Source: an uncultured Verrucomicrobiae bacterium (GTDB lineage: Bacteria; Chlamydiota; Chlamydiia; Chlamydiales; Rhabdochlamydiaceae). Taken from it: a DNA stretch of 64,000 nucleotides. Both the position numbers and the translations under genes were made by a program. The notes beneath the pieces were generated by a model that saw nothing but the letters and a program-made list of their open reading frames with translations, was not told the DNA's origin and did no database searches. The stretch covers positions 1,056,001-1,120,000 of the forward strand of contig CAWDYW010000001.1 of the NCBI GenBank assembly GCA_963806855.1. Reading direction: 5' to 3'. Shown here piece by piece: positions 10,498-20,170 of the stretch. Numbering within the stretch: position 1 is the stretch's first letter; each line of letters begins with the position of its first letter.

Positions 10498-11686
10498 TGC
10501 ATTTTTCCGCTGTTGGATTTGTGACGCGTCCCATGAAGAGGATCGCCTTCGAATGGGTGTCGACGATGAGGAAGAGGAAGGGGTGATCGGCGATAAATGG
10601 GGTAATTTTTTCGGGCGGAACGTAGACCGACTTGAGCGATAGGGTACTCGTGGTGGCCGAAGCGGCGGTCACTCCATTTTCCTTGAAAGAAAAATAGGTC
10701 TCATGGAGAACGCTTGAGAGGAAAAGATCTTTTGCTCCATTGATTTTGGAAAAATCGGCTCCGTAGCTAAAGGCATTGCCCATGCCGAGCTCGATGAGAG
10801 GTTCGTTGAGGCTGACCCGTTTTTTGAAGCAAAATTTAGGGATTTGGAGATTGAGTGTAGTCGATTGGCCCGAGCTTAGCCATTTGCTTAGATTTTCGAT
10901 GTTTAAAGAATTTTCCAGATCGGCGATATCGCCCCTGGGCAAAAGAATGACACACTCGAGAAGGGGCTGTTCTGTGCTCTGTCTAACGAAGGGGAGCGAT
11001 AGCACTTGGAGCTCTTCATTTTCGAAATAGGAGAAGGAATGGGTTTGCTGCAGCCTCTGCACTTCTATTGCCGGCTTATTGGGGACATGGAAGAGGCCCG
11101 GTTTTGTCGCTTTGGAATCAAATGGGTAGACCCAATCCCCATTGAAATAGACCGCATTGACGACGATTAGGCGTGTAGAGGAGTCGAGGTCACCCTCTTG
11201 CAGCATATTCGGAATTTTTTCTTTCGTCTTGTCGGAAATCCAATTGTTGATGATCTCGGTCGCTTGGCTCGGTTTGCCATAATTGATTGTCTGCAATTCA
11301 GCTTGGAAGTCTCTCATGCCGATCTGTTGAAATGAGGGGAGAAAGGTGACCCCTTCGTGCGGAAAAAGGGCGTTGGCAATATTGAGTTGATACCCTTTTT
11401 GAACGGGGACGGTAAGACCTTTGAGCTGTTTGTTAAGGGCCTTGAGAAAGTTGTCGTCTTTGCCCGAGAGGTGGAGCACTGTTTTCATTTGCGCGGCTGT
11501 CTCTCCACCGGCGCCGAAATAGAGGAGAGAGAGATTGGAGAAAATCCCATAAGGGGAAAAGGCGAGGTTGCCCTGATGGCCTTGAAGTTTTGAATAGAGC
11601 GAGAGGGCAAACTGATTATTGTCTTCGCCGATCGATTGGGCGAAACAATGGAAGGTAAGCAAGAGGCAGAGAAGCAATTTTTTCAT
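10487..11686 (-). CDS. Secreted serpin
   Basis: Signal peptide MKKLLLCLLLTFHCFA at 11686 (ATGA overlap with the upstream gene); NLAFSPYGI, INNWIS..T..KI, VNAVYFNGDW, ENGVTAASAT hinge, FIADHPFLFLI, LFMGRV. Confidence 0.93.
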   Translation of the reverse strand: MKKLLLCLLLTFHCFAQSIGEDNNQFALSLYSKLQGHQGNLAFSPYGIFSNLSLLYFGAGGETAAQMKTVLHLSGKDDNFLKALNKQLKGLTVPVQKGYQLNIANALFPHEGVTFLPSFQQIGMRDFQAELQTINYGKPSQATEIINNWISDKTKEKIPNMLQEGDLDSSTRLIVVNAVYFNGDWVYPFDSKATKPGLFHVPNKPAIEVQRLQQTHSFSYFENEELQVLSLPFVRQSTEQPLLECVILLPRGDIADLENSLNIENLSKWLSSGQSTTLNLQIPKFCFKKRVSLNEPLIELGMGNAFSYGADFSKINGAKDLFLSSVLHETYFSFKENGVTAASATTSTLSLKSVYVPPEKITPFIADHPFLFLIVDTHSKAILFMGRVTNPTAEKCNEN

Positions 11687-12528
11687 GATAGGTCCGTGGT
11701 GAAGAGGATGCGAAATGCGCTGACGCTGTTGAAGGCGATATGGAGTCCAATCGGGGCCCAAAGAGAGCCTTGCCGCTCATATAGGAAGCCCAAAAATGTC
11801 CCTAAGATGAGCAGTGAGAAAATCAAAGAGACATTCCCCAAACCGTGCCCTGCGGAATAATGGAAAATGGCAAAGACCAGAGCCGATAATAGAATAGCCG
11901 CTTTCGGGCCGATCCGCTTCTTCAGATAGGTTTGGAGAACGCCGCGAAAGAGAAATTCTTCGAGTAGAGGGGCCATGATGAGCACCGAGAGCAGAGCAAA
12001 GATCAGCGACAGGGGAGTGTTCATCGCCACTTTGACAAACTTGACCGCATTCTGTTCAAAGTCTTTTAAATGGAAGAGTTGTTTCATTGTGGTGTCGAGC
12101 AAGTCGCCTAAAATCGACACAAGCGGGAAGCTCATGAACCAGGTGATGCCACCTACCCACAAGTCGAGCAAAATCGAAGAGGGGGGAGTATGGGCTTTAT
12201 CTTTCCAGATTTTACGAAAGCTAATTGGATCTCTCCCAAACATAAACCACTGCAAAATGAGGAAGAGAATGAGCATGACGCCAAATTGCAATCCGGTGAT
12301 CGCGCTAACAGGCGGGTTGGCGGGGCGCCATAGTGCTTGAAAACCGAGCAGGAGAACTTGGCTAACGAAATAGGTGAGCAAAAGATAGAGGGCGAACACG
12401 GAAATGAGTTGGAAGTTTGTGACAAGAGGGACCTCATTTCCCTGCTGTTTTGGGAGCTGATAAAATCCTTTAGTATAGGCTAGCCAATTGGCTGCGAAGG
12501 CCCAAAGTATTACAAGAATTGCCATCAT
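11683..12528 (-). CDS. CPBP (CAAX protease) family intramembrane metalloprotease
   Basis: APLLEEFLFRG, FAIFH, GLHIAFN. Confidence 0.92.
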   Translation of the reverse strand: MMAILVILWAFAANWLAYTKGFYQLPKQQGNEVPLVTNFQLISVFALYLLLTYFVSQVLLLGFQALWRPANPPVSAITGLQFGVMLILFLILQWFMFGRDPISFRKIWKDKAHTPPSSILLDLWVGGITWFMSFPLVSILGDLLDTTMKQLFHLKDFEQNAVKFVKVAMNTPLSLIFALLSVLIMAPLLEEFLFRGVLQTYLKKRIGPKAAILLSALVFAIFHYSAGHGLGNVSLIFSLLILGTFLGFLYERQGSLWAPIGLHIAFNSVSAFRILFTTDLS

Positions 12529-12547
12529 TTAATCCGCGGTCTTTTTT

Positions 12548-12715
12548 ATACTGCGCCCGTTTAGGTTTTGCGAATTTTTGAACCCATCATAGCGACCCGT
12601 CTACAAAGTATCTCTCCTCGAAGATATTACCAGAATATCTTCTTCGTCACGATACTTCGTATCCGGGCGCGCTCTGAGGGTCCCAAAATTCGCATAACCT
12701 AAGCGGACGCAGTAT
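12548..12715. mobile_element. MITE/RPE-like 168-bp palindromic element
   Basis: About 38-bp imperfect terminal inverted repeats (atactgcgcccgtttaggttttgcgaatttt ... aaaattcgcataacctaagcggacgcagtat) and an inner hairpin gaagatatt...aatatcttc. Confidence 0.75.
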
Positions 12716-12766
12716 TTGCACGCTTTCCCGAGAATAACAGATGCCATAGTTCTTGGGAATCATCTG

Positions 12767-12846
12767 CATTTTCAACGCAAAGACGCAAAGAAAAAAAATA
12801 AATTTTTCCTGCGTCTTGGCGCCTTTGCGTCTTTGCGTTGAAAATG
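12767..12846. repeat. REP-like palindromic element, family 1
   Basis: cattttcaacgcaaagacgcaaag ... ctttgcgtctttgcgttgaaaatg directly after the glgX stop. Confidence 0.85.
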
Positions 12847-12847
12847 A

Positions 12848-14765
12848 TCACACAGGGAAAAGCTTGGTCCAGAGGACGACCGCGCTACAGGGTGTCATCG
12901 AATAGGTGTCTTTGATTTCTTTTTGGGGTTCCTTAGGGTACGCGGTATCAACAATACGCTTCCAGGTTTGCCCTTCAGGTGGGGGCGGAAGCTTGACCTC
13001 GGCTAGGTTGAAATTGGCGTTGAAGGCAATGTATAGCCCTCATTTTCTCGATGGAAATAGTAGGCAATGAAGCGGCTGTTATGCCCAAAATCGGGCTTTT
13101 CTGGCTCGTTTCCATGCCAGGTCACATCGTCATCGGTCAAGAAGGCGGTCCGCTAAAAGAATTTTGTCGTCTTGCGCAGCGAGAGCACAAATTGGAAAAA
13201 TTGGTGGAGAGTCTCATTTTTTTCGCACATGTCCCAGAGGAAATAATTGAGCTCATTGTCTTGGCCGTAGGGATTGTTATTGCCATTGCTCGTGTGTCCA
13301 TATTCGTCTGCCATGAGCACCATCGGGGTGCCGACACTGAGGAGCAGCGTCGGTATGAAAATTGCGGATCTGCCGCTTCCGCAGCGCGATGAATTTTGGG
13401 GTCTTCGGTCGGGCCTTCATGTCCGCAATTCCAGGTTGAATCATAGTTCATTCCATCCCGATTGTGTTCGCCATTTTCTTCATTGTGCTTGTCTTTGTAG
13501 GTAACCATGTCGCGCAGGGTAAATCCATCATGGGCTGTGATAAAATTGATGCTGTTGATAGGGGGCTTTGCTAATATGTAGAGGTTTTGCGATCCCATCA
13601 TCACCATTGCAAATTCAGACACTTGTCCCTCGGTCCCTTTGATGAAACGGCGGACCACATCGCGGTATTGCCCATTCCATTCAGCCCAGCGAGTCCCTCC
13701 AGGAAAAGAGCCCACCTGGTAGAGTCCGGCGCATCCCACGCTTCGGCGATCAGTTTCGTTTTGGATAGAATCGGATCTTTGTTGATCGTTTCGAGGATAG
13801 GAGGATGATCGATCACATTGCCTTTTTGGTCGCGGCAAAAGATGGAGGCCAGATCAAAGCGGAACCCATCGACATGCATCTCGGAGACCCAGTAGCGCAA
13901 GGAGGAGAGGATGAATTCTATAACGACGGGGTGATTGGTGTTAACGGTGTTGTTGCAACCAGTGTAGTCGGCAAAATTTCCTTTATCATCGAGGATAAAA
14001 TAGGTCGCATTTATCGATCATCTCGAGTGTACTATTTCCGGTGTGGTTGTAGACGACATCGAGGATCACTTCGATGCCTGCTTCATGCAGCGCTTTGACC
14101 ATCGTTTTGAACTCGCGTGGAGTGCCATAGCGGGCGGTTGGGGTGAAGAAATTGATCGTCGAATAGCCCCAATAATTAAACAGCTTCTTTTTGGTCTTTG
14201 GATTTTTATGGGTATTGGCTGTCTCATCGAATTCAAAGATCGGCAGCAGCTCAACAGCATTGATCCCCAATTGCTTTAGGTAGGGGATTTTCTCGATCAG
14301 ACCGAGGAAGGTCCCAGGATTTTTGACTCCGCTGCTCTTGTCTTGGGTAAAGCCGCGCACATGCATCTCATAGATGCAAAGATCTGGGAAAGGAATTTGC
14401 AGAGGCGCATCTTTTCCCCAATCGAAGGATAGATCGGGAAAGACCTTAGCTAGAATCGATCCGTAGTTCTTTTTTCCCCAGATCTTCGAAGTGTTAAGCT
14501 CTTTGGCATAAGGGTCGATCGCCCACTGACTGTCGATTAGATAGGCGTATAGGGCATCTTGGGGGAGATTTTTGATGTGAATATGCCAAATATTGTCGGT
14601 CTTGTTTAAGGGGATCTCTTTAACCGGAGATAAATTTTTTTCGGAAAAAAATGAGAGAATTACCTCGGAAGCCGAGCTAGAATAGATGGCAAAATTGATC
14701 CCATCTCCTTGAGTGCTAATGCCTAAAGGGGTGGGGGAACCGGGATTGATGATGAGCTCTTCCAT
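12848..14765 (-). CDS. glgX: Glycogen debranching enzyme GlgX (several frameshifts, probably sequence errors)
   Basis: YEMHVRGFT, NYWGYSTINFF, DVVYNHT, VDGFRFDLAS, IAEAWD and INFITAHDGFTL lie in successive frames; end inferred at ...KLFPV* (12848). Confidence 0.88.
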
Positions 14766-14877
14766 ATGACCGCGTATAACAAAAAATTATTTTAAAGGGA
14801 ATTTTTTGTTGCACTTTTTCTCATTCCTTGGGAAACTCTTCATAGTGGATAAAATATTTCTTAAAGGAGGACATTGA

Positions 14878-15405
14878 ATGTCATTAGAAAATGCAAAGCA
14901 GAATTTGAAAGAATTTGGGAAGGAGCTCAACCTTGAAGGGCTGGTTTTTGATGAAAACCACACCTGTATTTTGGGAATTGACAACACCTTTTCCCTCCAC
15001 TTGACCTACGAGCCCAATTCAGATCGTTTATATCTTTATTCCCCCATTCTCGATGGGCTTCCAAAAGATCACAAAACTCTTCTCAAACTCTACGAAGCAC
15101 TTCTCGAAGGGGCGATGCTCGGTGGACAAATGGCCGGTGGTGGAATCGGAGTTGCCGTCCCAGAAGAATTGATCCTGATGCACGCCATCATTGAAATGGG
15201 CCCTGGAACCGACGCTAAAGCCCTCTGCCGCTTTGCCCCGGTCTTCGTCGATGCGGTCGAAAAATGGCGCGATAAAGCTGGTAAAATCTGTCAAGGAATC
15301 GAAGTCCCAAGAGAGCTGCCTTCAGGTCCAATGCGCGGCGGCCCAGGTGGCCATGGCCCAGGTCCCGGCCCATCAGGCGGCACCGAGCGCTTCATTAAGA
15401 TTTAA
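14878..15405 (+). CDS. CesT-family type III secretion chaperone (chlamydial Slc1-like)
   Basis: FDENHTCILGIDNTFSLHLTYEPNSDRLYLYSP, LLEGAMLGGQMAGGG; divergent from glgX. Confidence 0.85.
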   Translation: MSLENAKQNLKEFGKELNLEGLVFDENHTCILGIDNTFSLHLTYEPNSDRLYLYSPILDGLPKDHKTLLKLYEALLEGAMLGGQMAGGGIGVAVPEELILMHAIIEMGPGTDAKALCRFAPVFVDAVEKWRDKAGKICQGIEVPRELPSGPMRGGPGGHGPGPGPSGGTERFIKI

Positions 15406-15410
15406 CGTTT

Positions 15411-15498
15411 TTTCAACGCAAAGACGCGAAGGCGCCAAGACGCAAAGAAAAGTATTTTTTTCTTTGCGTCTTGGCGCCTTTGCGTCTTTGCGTTGAAA
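15411..15498. repeat. REP-like palindromic element, family 1 (best-preserved copy); possible bidirectional terminator
   Basis: About 40-bp near-perfect inverted repeat between convergent genes. Confidence 0.9.
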
Positions 15499-15503
15499 TA
15501 GGC

Positions 15504-16796
15504 CTAACTATTTTTGTTGTCTATAGAGCCCTGAATCTTCTCGAGGGCTCTTCCGATTTCTTCGGAGTCGCTTTTATCCTCAATTGCCTTGATGCTCGCC
15601 ATGACGGTCGAGTGGTCGCGGCCAAAGATCCGACCGATGTTCAGATAGGGGAGCGCTAGCTTTTTGCGGCACAGGTACATGGCCAGCTTGCGGGGGAGGG
15701 TGCACTCCTGAGACTGCGACTTGCCCAAGATATCATCCGTACGGATACCAAAATAGGCTGAGGTGGCTGTGATGATCCTCTCAGGGGTCAATTCATTTTT
15801 CTTTTCCACATTCAAGAGGTCAGCAAGCAGATGCTCAGCGGCTTCGGGGATAAGTTCGGTGGACTTTTGGTGGCGAAGGACGAGCGCTTCGAGGGCGCGG
15901 AGCATCGACTTCGAGGAGCTGTGAAACTTTTCGATAAGGAAGTTAAGCAGCGATTCAGAGAGGGGGAAATTGTAGACCTTCGCCCGGTTGGATAGCACCT
16001 CTGCCATTTTGGCTTGAGAGAGGGGATTGAGCTGGAGGACGATCCCCCATTCGAAGCGGCTAATGAGGCGCTGCTCGATTTCTTCAATTTTGCTGGGAGG
16101 AAGATGGCTGCTGAAGATGAGCTGCTTGCCGGCGGTGTGGAGGGCGTTGAACGTGTGGAATAGCTCCTCTTGGGTGGCCCCTTTGCGGGCAAGGCAATGG
16201 ACATCGTCAATAATCAGGACATCGTGGTTGCGATAAATTTCCCGAAATAGGCGCATCTGCGAACTGCGGATCGCTTGGACGACGTGCTGGGTGAACGACT
16301 CGGCGTGGACATAAAAAACCGAGAGCTGCTGCCTCTTCAATTGATGGGCGCAGGCCATGAGCAGGTGCGTTTTGCCGATCCCTTCCGGGCCATACAAGAA
16401 GATGGGGTTGTATGCGCCTGGGATGAGCTGATGGAAGAATTTGAAGGTGAGCTCACTTTGCTCCTCGTAAATGAAGTTGGCAAACTCGTAAGAGGGATCG
16501 AGCGGATCGGGCTCAATCTGGAGTGTGAGCACCGGTTCTGCGGCCTTCTCTTTTTTGACCTTTGGCGGTGTCCGGAAATGGATCTTAATGGGATGGCCGT
16601 TATTGTTGAGCAGCGAGCTTTCTGCCCGTTTGCGGACGTGCTCTTCAAACCAGGTGATCTGGAAAGAATTTTGGGCTTCGAGATAGAGATTGCAGGCATC
16701 GAAGTCAACCACGCTCAGTGGCCGCAGCCACCGGTCGACAGTCCCTTTTCCGATAAGCTCTTCGAGATCGCGCAGAAAAGCGTCCCAGGCTTGCAT
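15504..16796 (-). CDS. dnaA: Chromosomal replication initiator DnaA
   Basis: YNPIFLYGPEGIGKTHL, LIIDDV, QEELFHTFN, SRFEWG, GRDHSTV. Confidence 0.96.
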   Translation of the reverse strand: MQAWDAFLRDLEELIGKGTVDRWLRPLSVVDFDACNLYLEAQNSFQITWFEEHVRKRAESSLLNNNGHPIKIHFRTPPKVKKEKAAEPVLTLQIEPDPLDPSYEFANFIYEEQSELTFKFFHQLIPGAYNPIFLYGPEGIGKTHLLMACAHQLKRQQLSVFYVHAESFTQHVVQAIRSSQMRLFREIYRNHDVLIIDDVHCLARKGATQEELFHTFNALHTAGKQLIFSSHLPPSKIEEIEQRLISRFEWGIVLQLNPLSQAKMAEVLSNRAKVYNFPLSESLLNFLIEKFHSSSKSMLRALEALVLRHQKSTELIPEAAEHLLADLLNVEKKNELTPERIITATSAYFGIRTDDILGKSQSQECTLPRKLAMYLCRKKLALPYLNIGRIFGRDHSTVMASIKAIEDKSDSEEIGRALEKIQGSIDNKNS

Positions 16797-16799
16797 CTG

Positions 16800-19202
16800 C
16801 TATTTTCCTTTGGCTAGCAACCGTTTATTGACCCACCACTGTTGCAGAATTCCGAGGAGCATGGAGGAGATCCAGTAGAGGTTTAAGCCTGAGGGGAAGT
16901 TGTAGAACATGACGGTGAAGACGATCGTCATGATATTGCCCATGAACCGCTGCTGCCTTTGCTGATCGGTTGGTGCGCCTGCAGTCGTTGGAGGGGACAT
17001 CATTCTCTGTTGGAAGAACATGATTACGCCGAGCAAGATCGGGAGCAGGTGGAATGTCGTTCCAATTAGCGGAAGCGGATAATTCCAGCTGAAGATCACA
17101 TCAGGAGAAGTTAGGTTGTCGATCCATCCAGGAATGAAGGATGCCCCGCGCAGTTCAAAGGAGGTTTTCAGCAAGTCGAACATCCCGAAGAGGAACGGCA
17201 ACTGAATTAACATCGGCAGGCAGCCCCCGAAAGGATTGGCTCCCTCCTGGCGATAGAGATTCATGATCTCCATTTGAGCCCGTTTTGGATCCTTTTTGTA
17301 TTTATCTTGGATCGCCTTTAACTTTGGGGCGAGCTTTTGCAGCTTCGCTGTCGATTTCATCGACCAGTTGTTGAGCGGATAGAGCATGACCCGGAGCACA
17401 ACGGTCAATAAGATGATCGAAATTCCCCACGAGAAGGTGATGGAGTGGAAGAAATTCATAATGATGTAGAGAAACTTGGCGAAAGGCTGCGAAATAAAAG
17501 CGAACCAGCCATGTGGGCTTTTGGAGGCTAGGAAATCGGGATCTTGACCAGTGATCGGATCGGTGAAGGCCAAATCGACCTGCCTCAGCGTCTTCTCATC
17601 AAATGGTCCTACATAGATTCTATAATGGGAGGTCGATGGCTTCGAAAGGAGAGGGGCATTGATCACATAACCGGGAAATTTATCGGAAGGATACCGCTGA
17701 TATTGTGCATCGATGACTGAAATGCGCGAAGGGACCAGCTCTCCAGAGTTGGCCACCACTTCGAGGCCGGCTGGGCTTTTTTGTGTTGGGTTGAGGATGA
17801 TTCCGAAGAATCCATTTCCGTTACAATACCAATCGGCGCTGATGTGAGAGAAGTTGATGACATCTTTTGGCACTTTAATATCTTCAACGATCGGCTTGCC
17901 ATTGCGGAAGGTTCGATATTTGAGAGTTGGGCTGAAGCTGCCTGAAATCAGCTCTGCTTCAGGAACGCCGAGGCCGAGGACCAGATTGCGGGCATCTCCT
18001 TCGATTTTGACAGTTAAATCCAAGGTATAGGGGAATTCCTCTGGATTATCGGGGAGTTTAAATGTCTTGGTAATTTTGCGGGTTTGGTCGACAAATTCTA
18101 ACTCGATCAGATTTTTTTCAAACCGTTTAACGGTATATTCTTTCGGTTCAGGCGGCTGATCTTTTTCTGTGATGTTAAAGGCATAATAATAAGGCTTAAT
18201 CGTTGTCAACGTGGTCGTATCTGTGACCACAATTCCACGGCGCAGCAGGGGATAATAACCACCTGTTTTGGGCTGCATGGCGATTGTGCCCCCTTTGCCA
18301 TCAGAAATAACATAAGGATTCTGAGGGAACCGATCGTAGTCCGGATAATTTGCCTTGATGGTTCGATCGATGCCGATTTCGCGGACGACGCTATGGGGAT
18401 TTTGCTCCGAATTGAATGGGAGGTTGATTTCTGAAACTGATCCATTGATGCGTGAGAAGACCAGCTGGAGGTAGTCATTTTCGAGCACATAGCCTTCCTG
18501 ATGCCGATAATGGAAACCAGCGCCAGAAACCTCTGGGTAGGTGAACATATCGAAATTTTGGAATGGCTTATATTCTTGGAGATAATTGACTGTGCTACTA
18601 CTAGCAACATAGAAAGCATAGGGGTTATGCTCTCCCTGAAAATCGAAAAGCAGAAGCATATTTTTGGGGGGAGCTTGCCCAAATGAGATTTGAGTAACGC
18701 CTTCTGTTTTCCCCTTTATCGCATAGACATGCTGCCCTTCAAAGTAGACCCCAGTGACATCATACGTCCCCTGATCAGGAATCCAAGGTGTATTCAACTT
18801 GGCGAGTGAGAAAGTTGAATAGAGGATTGGATCTCCCACTTTCTCAGGTTTTACTCTCAATTGAAAGCGCTCAGAGATCGGCGTTCCATTAGTCACTTTG
18901 ACGTAGGCCACATCAGGAAGTTTAACAGTCGGGGCGATCGAAATGAAGGCATCTTGTTGGAGAATTCCTTTGGTGACAAACTTGGTCATCTCAAAGTCAC
19001 TGTACAAAGAGACAATACCGAGCTCTTTTTCCTCAGCGGCGCTCAAGGGGCCACTTGGAATTCCTTCTCCCGATACGACCACTTTGGTTATCGGTTGAGT
19101 AAATGTTGGCGTTTTCGATCCCACACCAAAATCGAAGACCTGGTGCATGATGAAAAAGACGATGGTCATCCCAACTAGAAAAATAAGTGTACGTTTATCC
19201 AT
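16800..19202 (-). CDS. yidC: Membrane protein insertase YidC (long form)
   Basis: MDKRTL start, WGISIILLT, NPFGGCLPMLIQLP, WIDNL, PSGLNLYW. Confidence 0.96.
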   Translation of the reverse strand: MDKRTLIFLVGMTIVFFIMHQVFDFGVGSKTPTFTQPITKVVVSGEGIPSGPLSAAEEKELGIVSLYSDFEMTKFVTKGILQQDAFISIAPTVKLPDVAYVKVTNGTPISERFQLRVKPEKVGDPILYSTFSLAKLNTPWIPDQGTYDVTGVYFEGQHVYAIKGKTEGVTQISFGQAPPKNMLLLFDFQGEHNPYAFYVASSSTVNYLQEYKPFQNFDMFTYPEVSGAGFHYRHQEGYVLENDYLQLVFSRINGSVSEINLPFNSEQNPHSVVREIGIDRTIKANYPDYDRFPQNPYVISDGKGGTIAMQPKTGGYYPLLRRGIVVTDTTTLTTIKPYYYAFNITEKDQPPEPKEYTVKRFEKNLIELEFVDQTRKITKTFKLPDNPEEFPYTLDLTVKIEGDARNLVLGLGVPEAELISGSFSPTLKYRTFRNGKPIVEDIKVPKDVINFSHISADWYCNGNGFFGIILNPTQKSPAGLEVVANSGELVPSRISVIDAQYQRYPSDKFPGYVINAPLLSKPSTSHYRIYVGPFDEKTLRQVDLAFTDPITGQDPDFLASKSPHGWFAFISQPFAKFLYIIMNFFHSITFSWGISIILLTVVLRVMLYPLNNWSMKSTAKLQKLAPKLKAIQDKYKKDPKRAQMEIMNLYRQEGANPFGGCLPMLIQLPFLFGMFDLLKTSFELRGASFIPGWIDNLTSPDVIFSWNYPLPLIGTTFHLLPILLGVIMFFQQRMMSPPTTAGAPTDQQRQQRFMGNIMTIVFTVMFYNFPSGLNLYWISSMLLGILQQWWVNKRLLAKGK

Positions 19203-19275
19203 AAGTACAGAATGGTATCAACCTTATGAATTTTACTCCATCATTTGTCAAAAAATCGTCTTAACGGGGGTCTGT

Positions 19276-19415
19276 TGGCCGAATTCTATGGAATTCGGCC
19301 AAAAATGGCCGAATACGGCCAAAAATGGCCGAATTATTGGGAATACGGCCAAAAAATGACCGAATACGGCCAAAAATGGCCGAATTATTGGAAATACGGC
19401 CAAAAAATGGCCGTA
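19276..19415. repeat. Tandem array of five CGGCCA-A4/5-TGGCCG hairpin units
   Basis: Read directly; spacing alternates between about 20 and about 30 bp. Confidence 0.85.
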
Positions 19416-20141
19416 TTATTCCATCGCCAGTTCAAGTAATTGGTCTAGTCCTTCCTCGACGGGCTCTTTGCGGAAGTGGGGGTCCCACTGCTCGCCGTAG
19501 AGGAGGTCGCTGATGACGAAGCCGGCGCCGAGCTCGACGCCGCGCATTTGGGCGACGGCAAAGAGGGCGCTGGCCTCCATCTCGACGGTGAGGACTCCCT
19601 CTTTTTGGTAGGCGGCGATCTCTTCGCGGGTGTGGCGGAAGAAGGCGTCGATGGTCCAGGTGGTGCCGATGCGGGAGAATTTTTTGGCGAAACGGCCATG
19701 GTCGGTGGGGGCGCTGTAGCGGCCGGCGGGGAGGTAGTGGTGGGAGGTCCCTTCGTCGCGGATCGCCCGGTCACAGCCGACGAGGTCGCCGATTTTTAGG
19801 TCGGGTGCAATGGCGCCGGCTGTGCCGATGGATATGAAATCTTTGACTCCCCAGGCAATTAGCATTTCGAGCGAGACCACAGCGCGGGGGGCTCCGATCC
19901 CATATTGGCCGATGGCGATCTCGTCGTTAAGCCAATAGAGTCTGCGGAAGGCGCCGGTCGAGAAGCGGCCTTTGAAGGTTTCAGTGACCCGATCCATAAA
20001 TGAATTTTGATAACAGAGGATGACCCGCTTGGGACAGGGCCCTTCGGGGACGCGGCCGATCTGTTTCTGATAATCGAAGGAGGCGCGCGGAGAGATGAGT
20101 GCATCGAACTGATGCTTGTCGCGGTAGTTAGGAAAGCTCAT
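19416..20141 (-). CDS. Nucleoside phosphorylase (PNP/UDP-1 family)
   Basis: GIGAP, IGTAG, RDEGTS.HY, WTIDAFFR, VEMEASA. Confidence 0.9.
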   Translation of the reverse strand: MSFPNYRDKHQFDALISPRASFDYQKQIGRVPEGPCPKRVILCYQNSFMDRVTETFKGRFSTGAFRRLYWLNDEIAIGQYGIGAPRAVVSLEMLIAWGVKDFISIGTAGAIAPDLKIGDLVGCDRAIRDEGTSHHYLPAGRYSAPTDHGRFAKKFSRIGTTWTIDAFFRHTREEIAAYQKEGVLTVEMEASALFAVAQMRGVELGAGFVISDLLYGEQWDPHFRKEPVEEGLDQLLELAME

Positions 20142-20170
20142 CCTATTTGATAGCGCGGAAACCCAGTCCT

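Noticed and set aside
15318..15405. Gly/Pro-rich tail of the T3S chaperone as a collagen-like domain
   Set aside because: Too short and not a sustained Gly-X-Y repeat; probably a disordered tail.
15411..16900. oriC next to dnaA
   Set aside because: dnaA is tightly flanked by yidC and a REP-like hairpin, and I saw no DnaA-box cluster.
19276..19415. CRISPR array
   Set aside because: The linkers are 4-14 nt and themselves repeated. There are no unique spacers and no cas genes.
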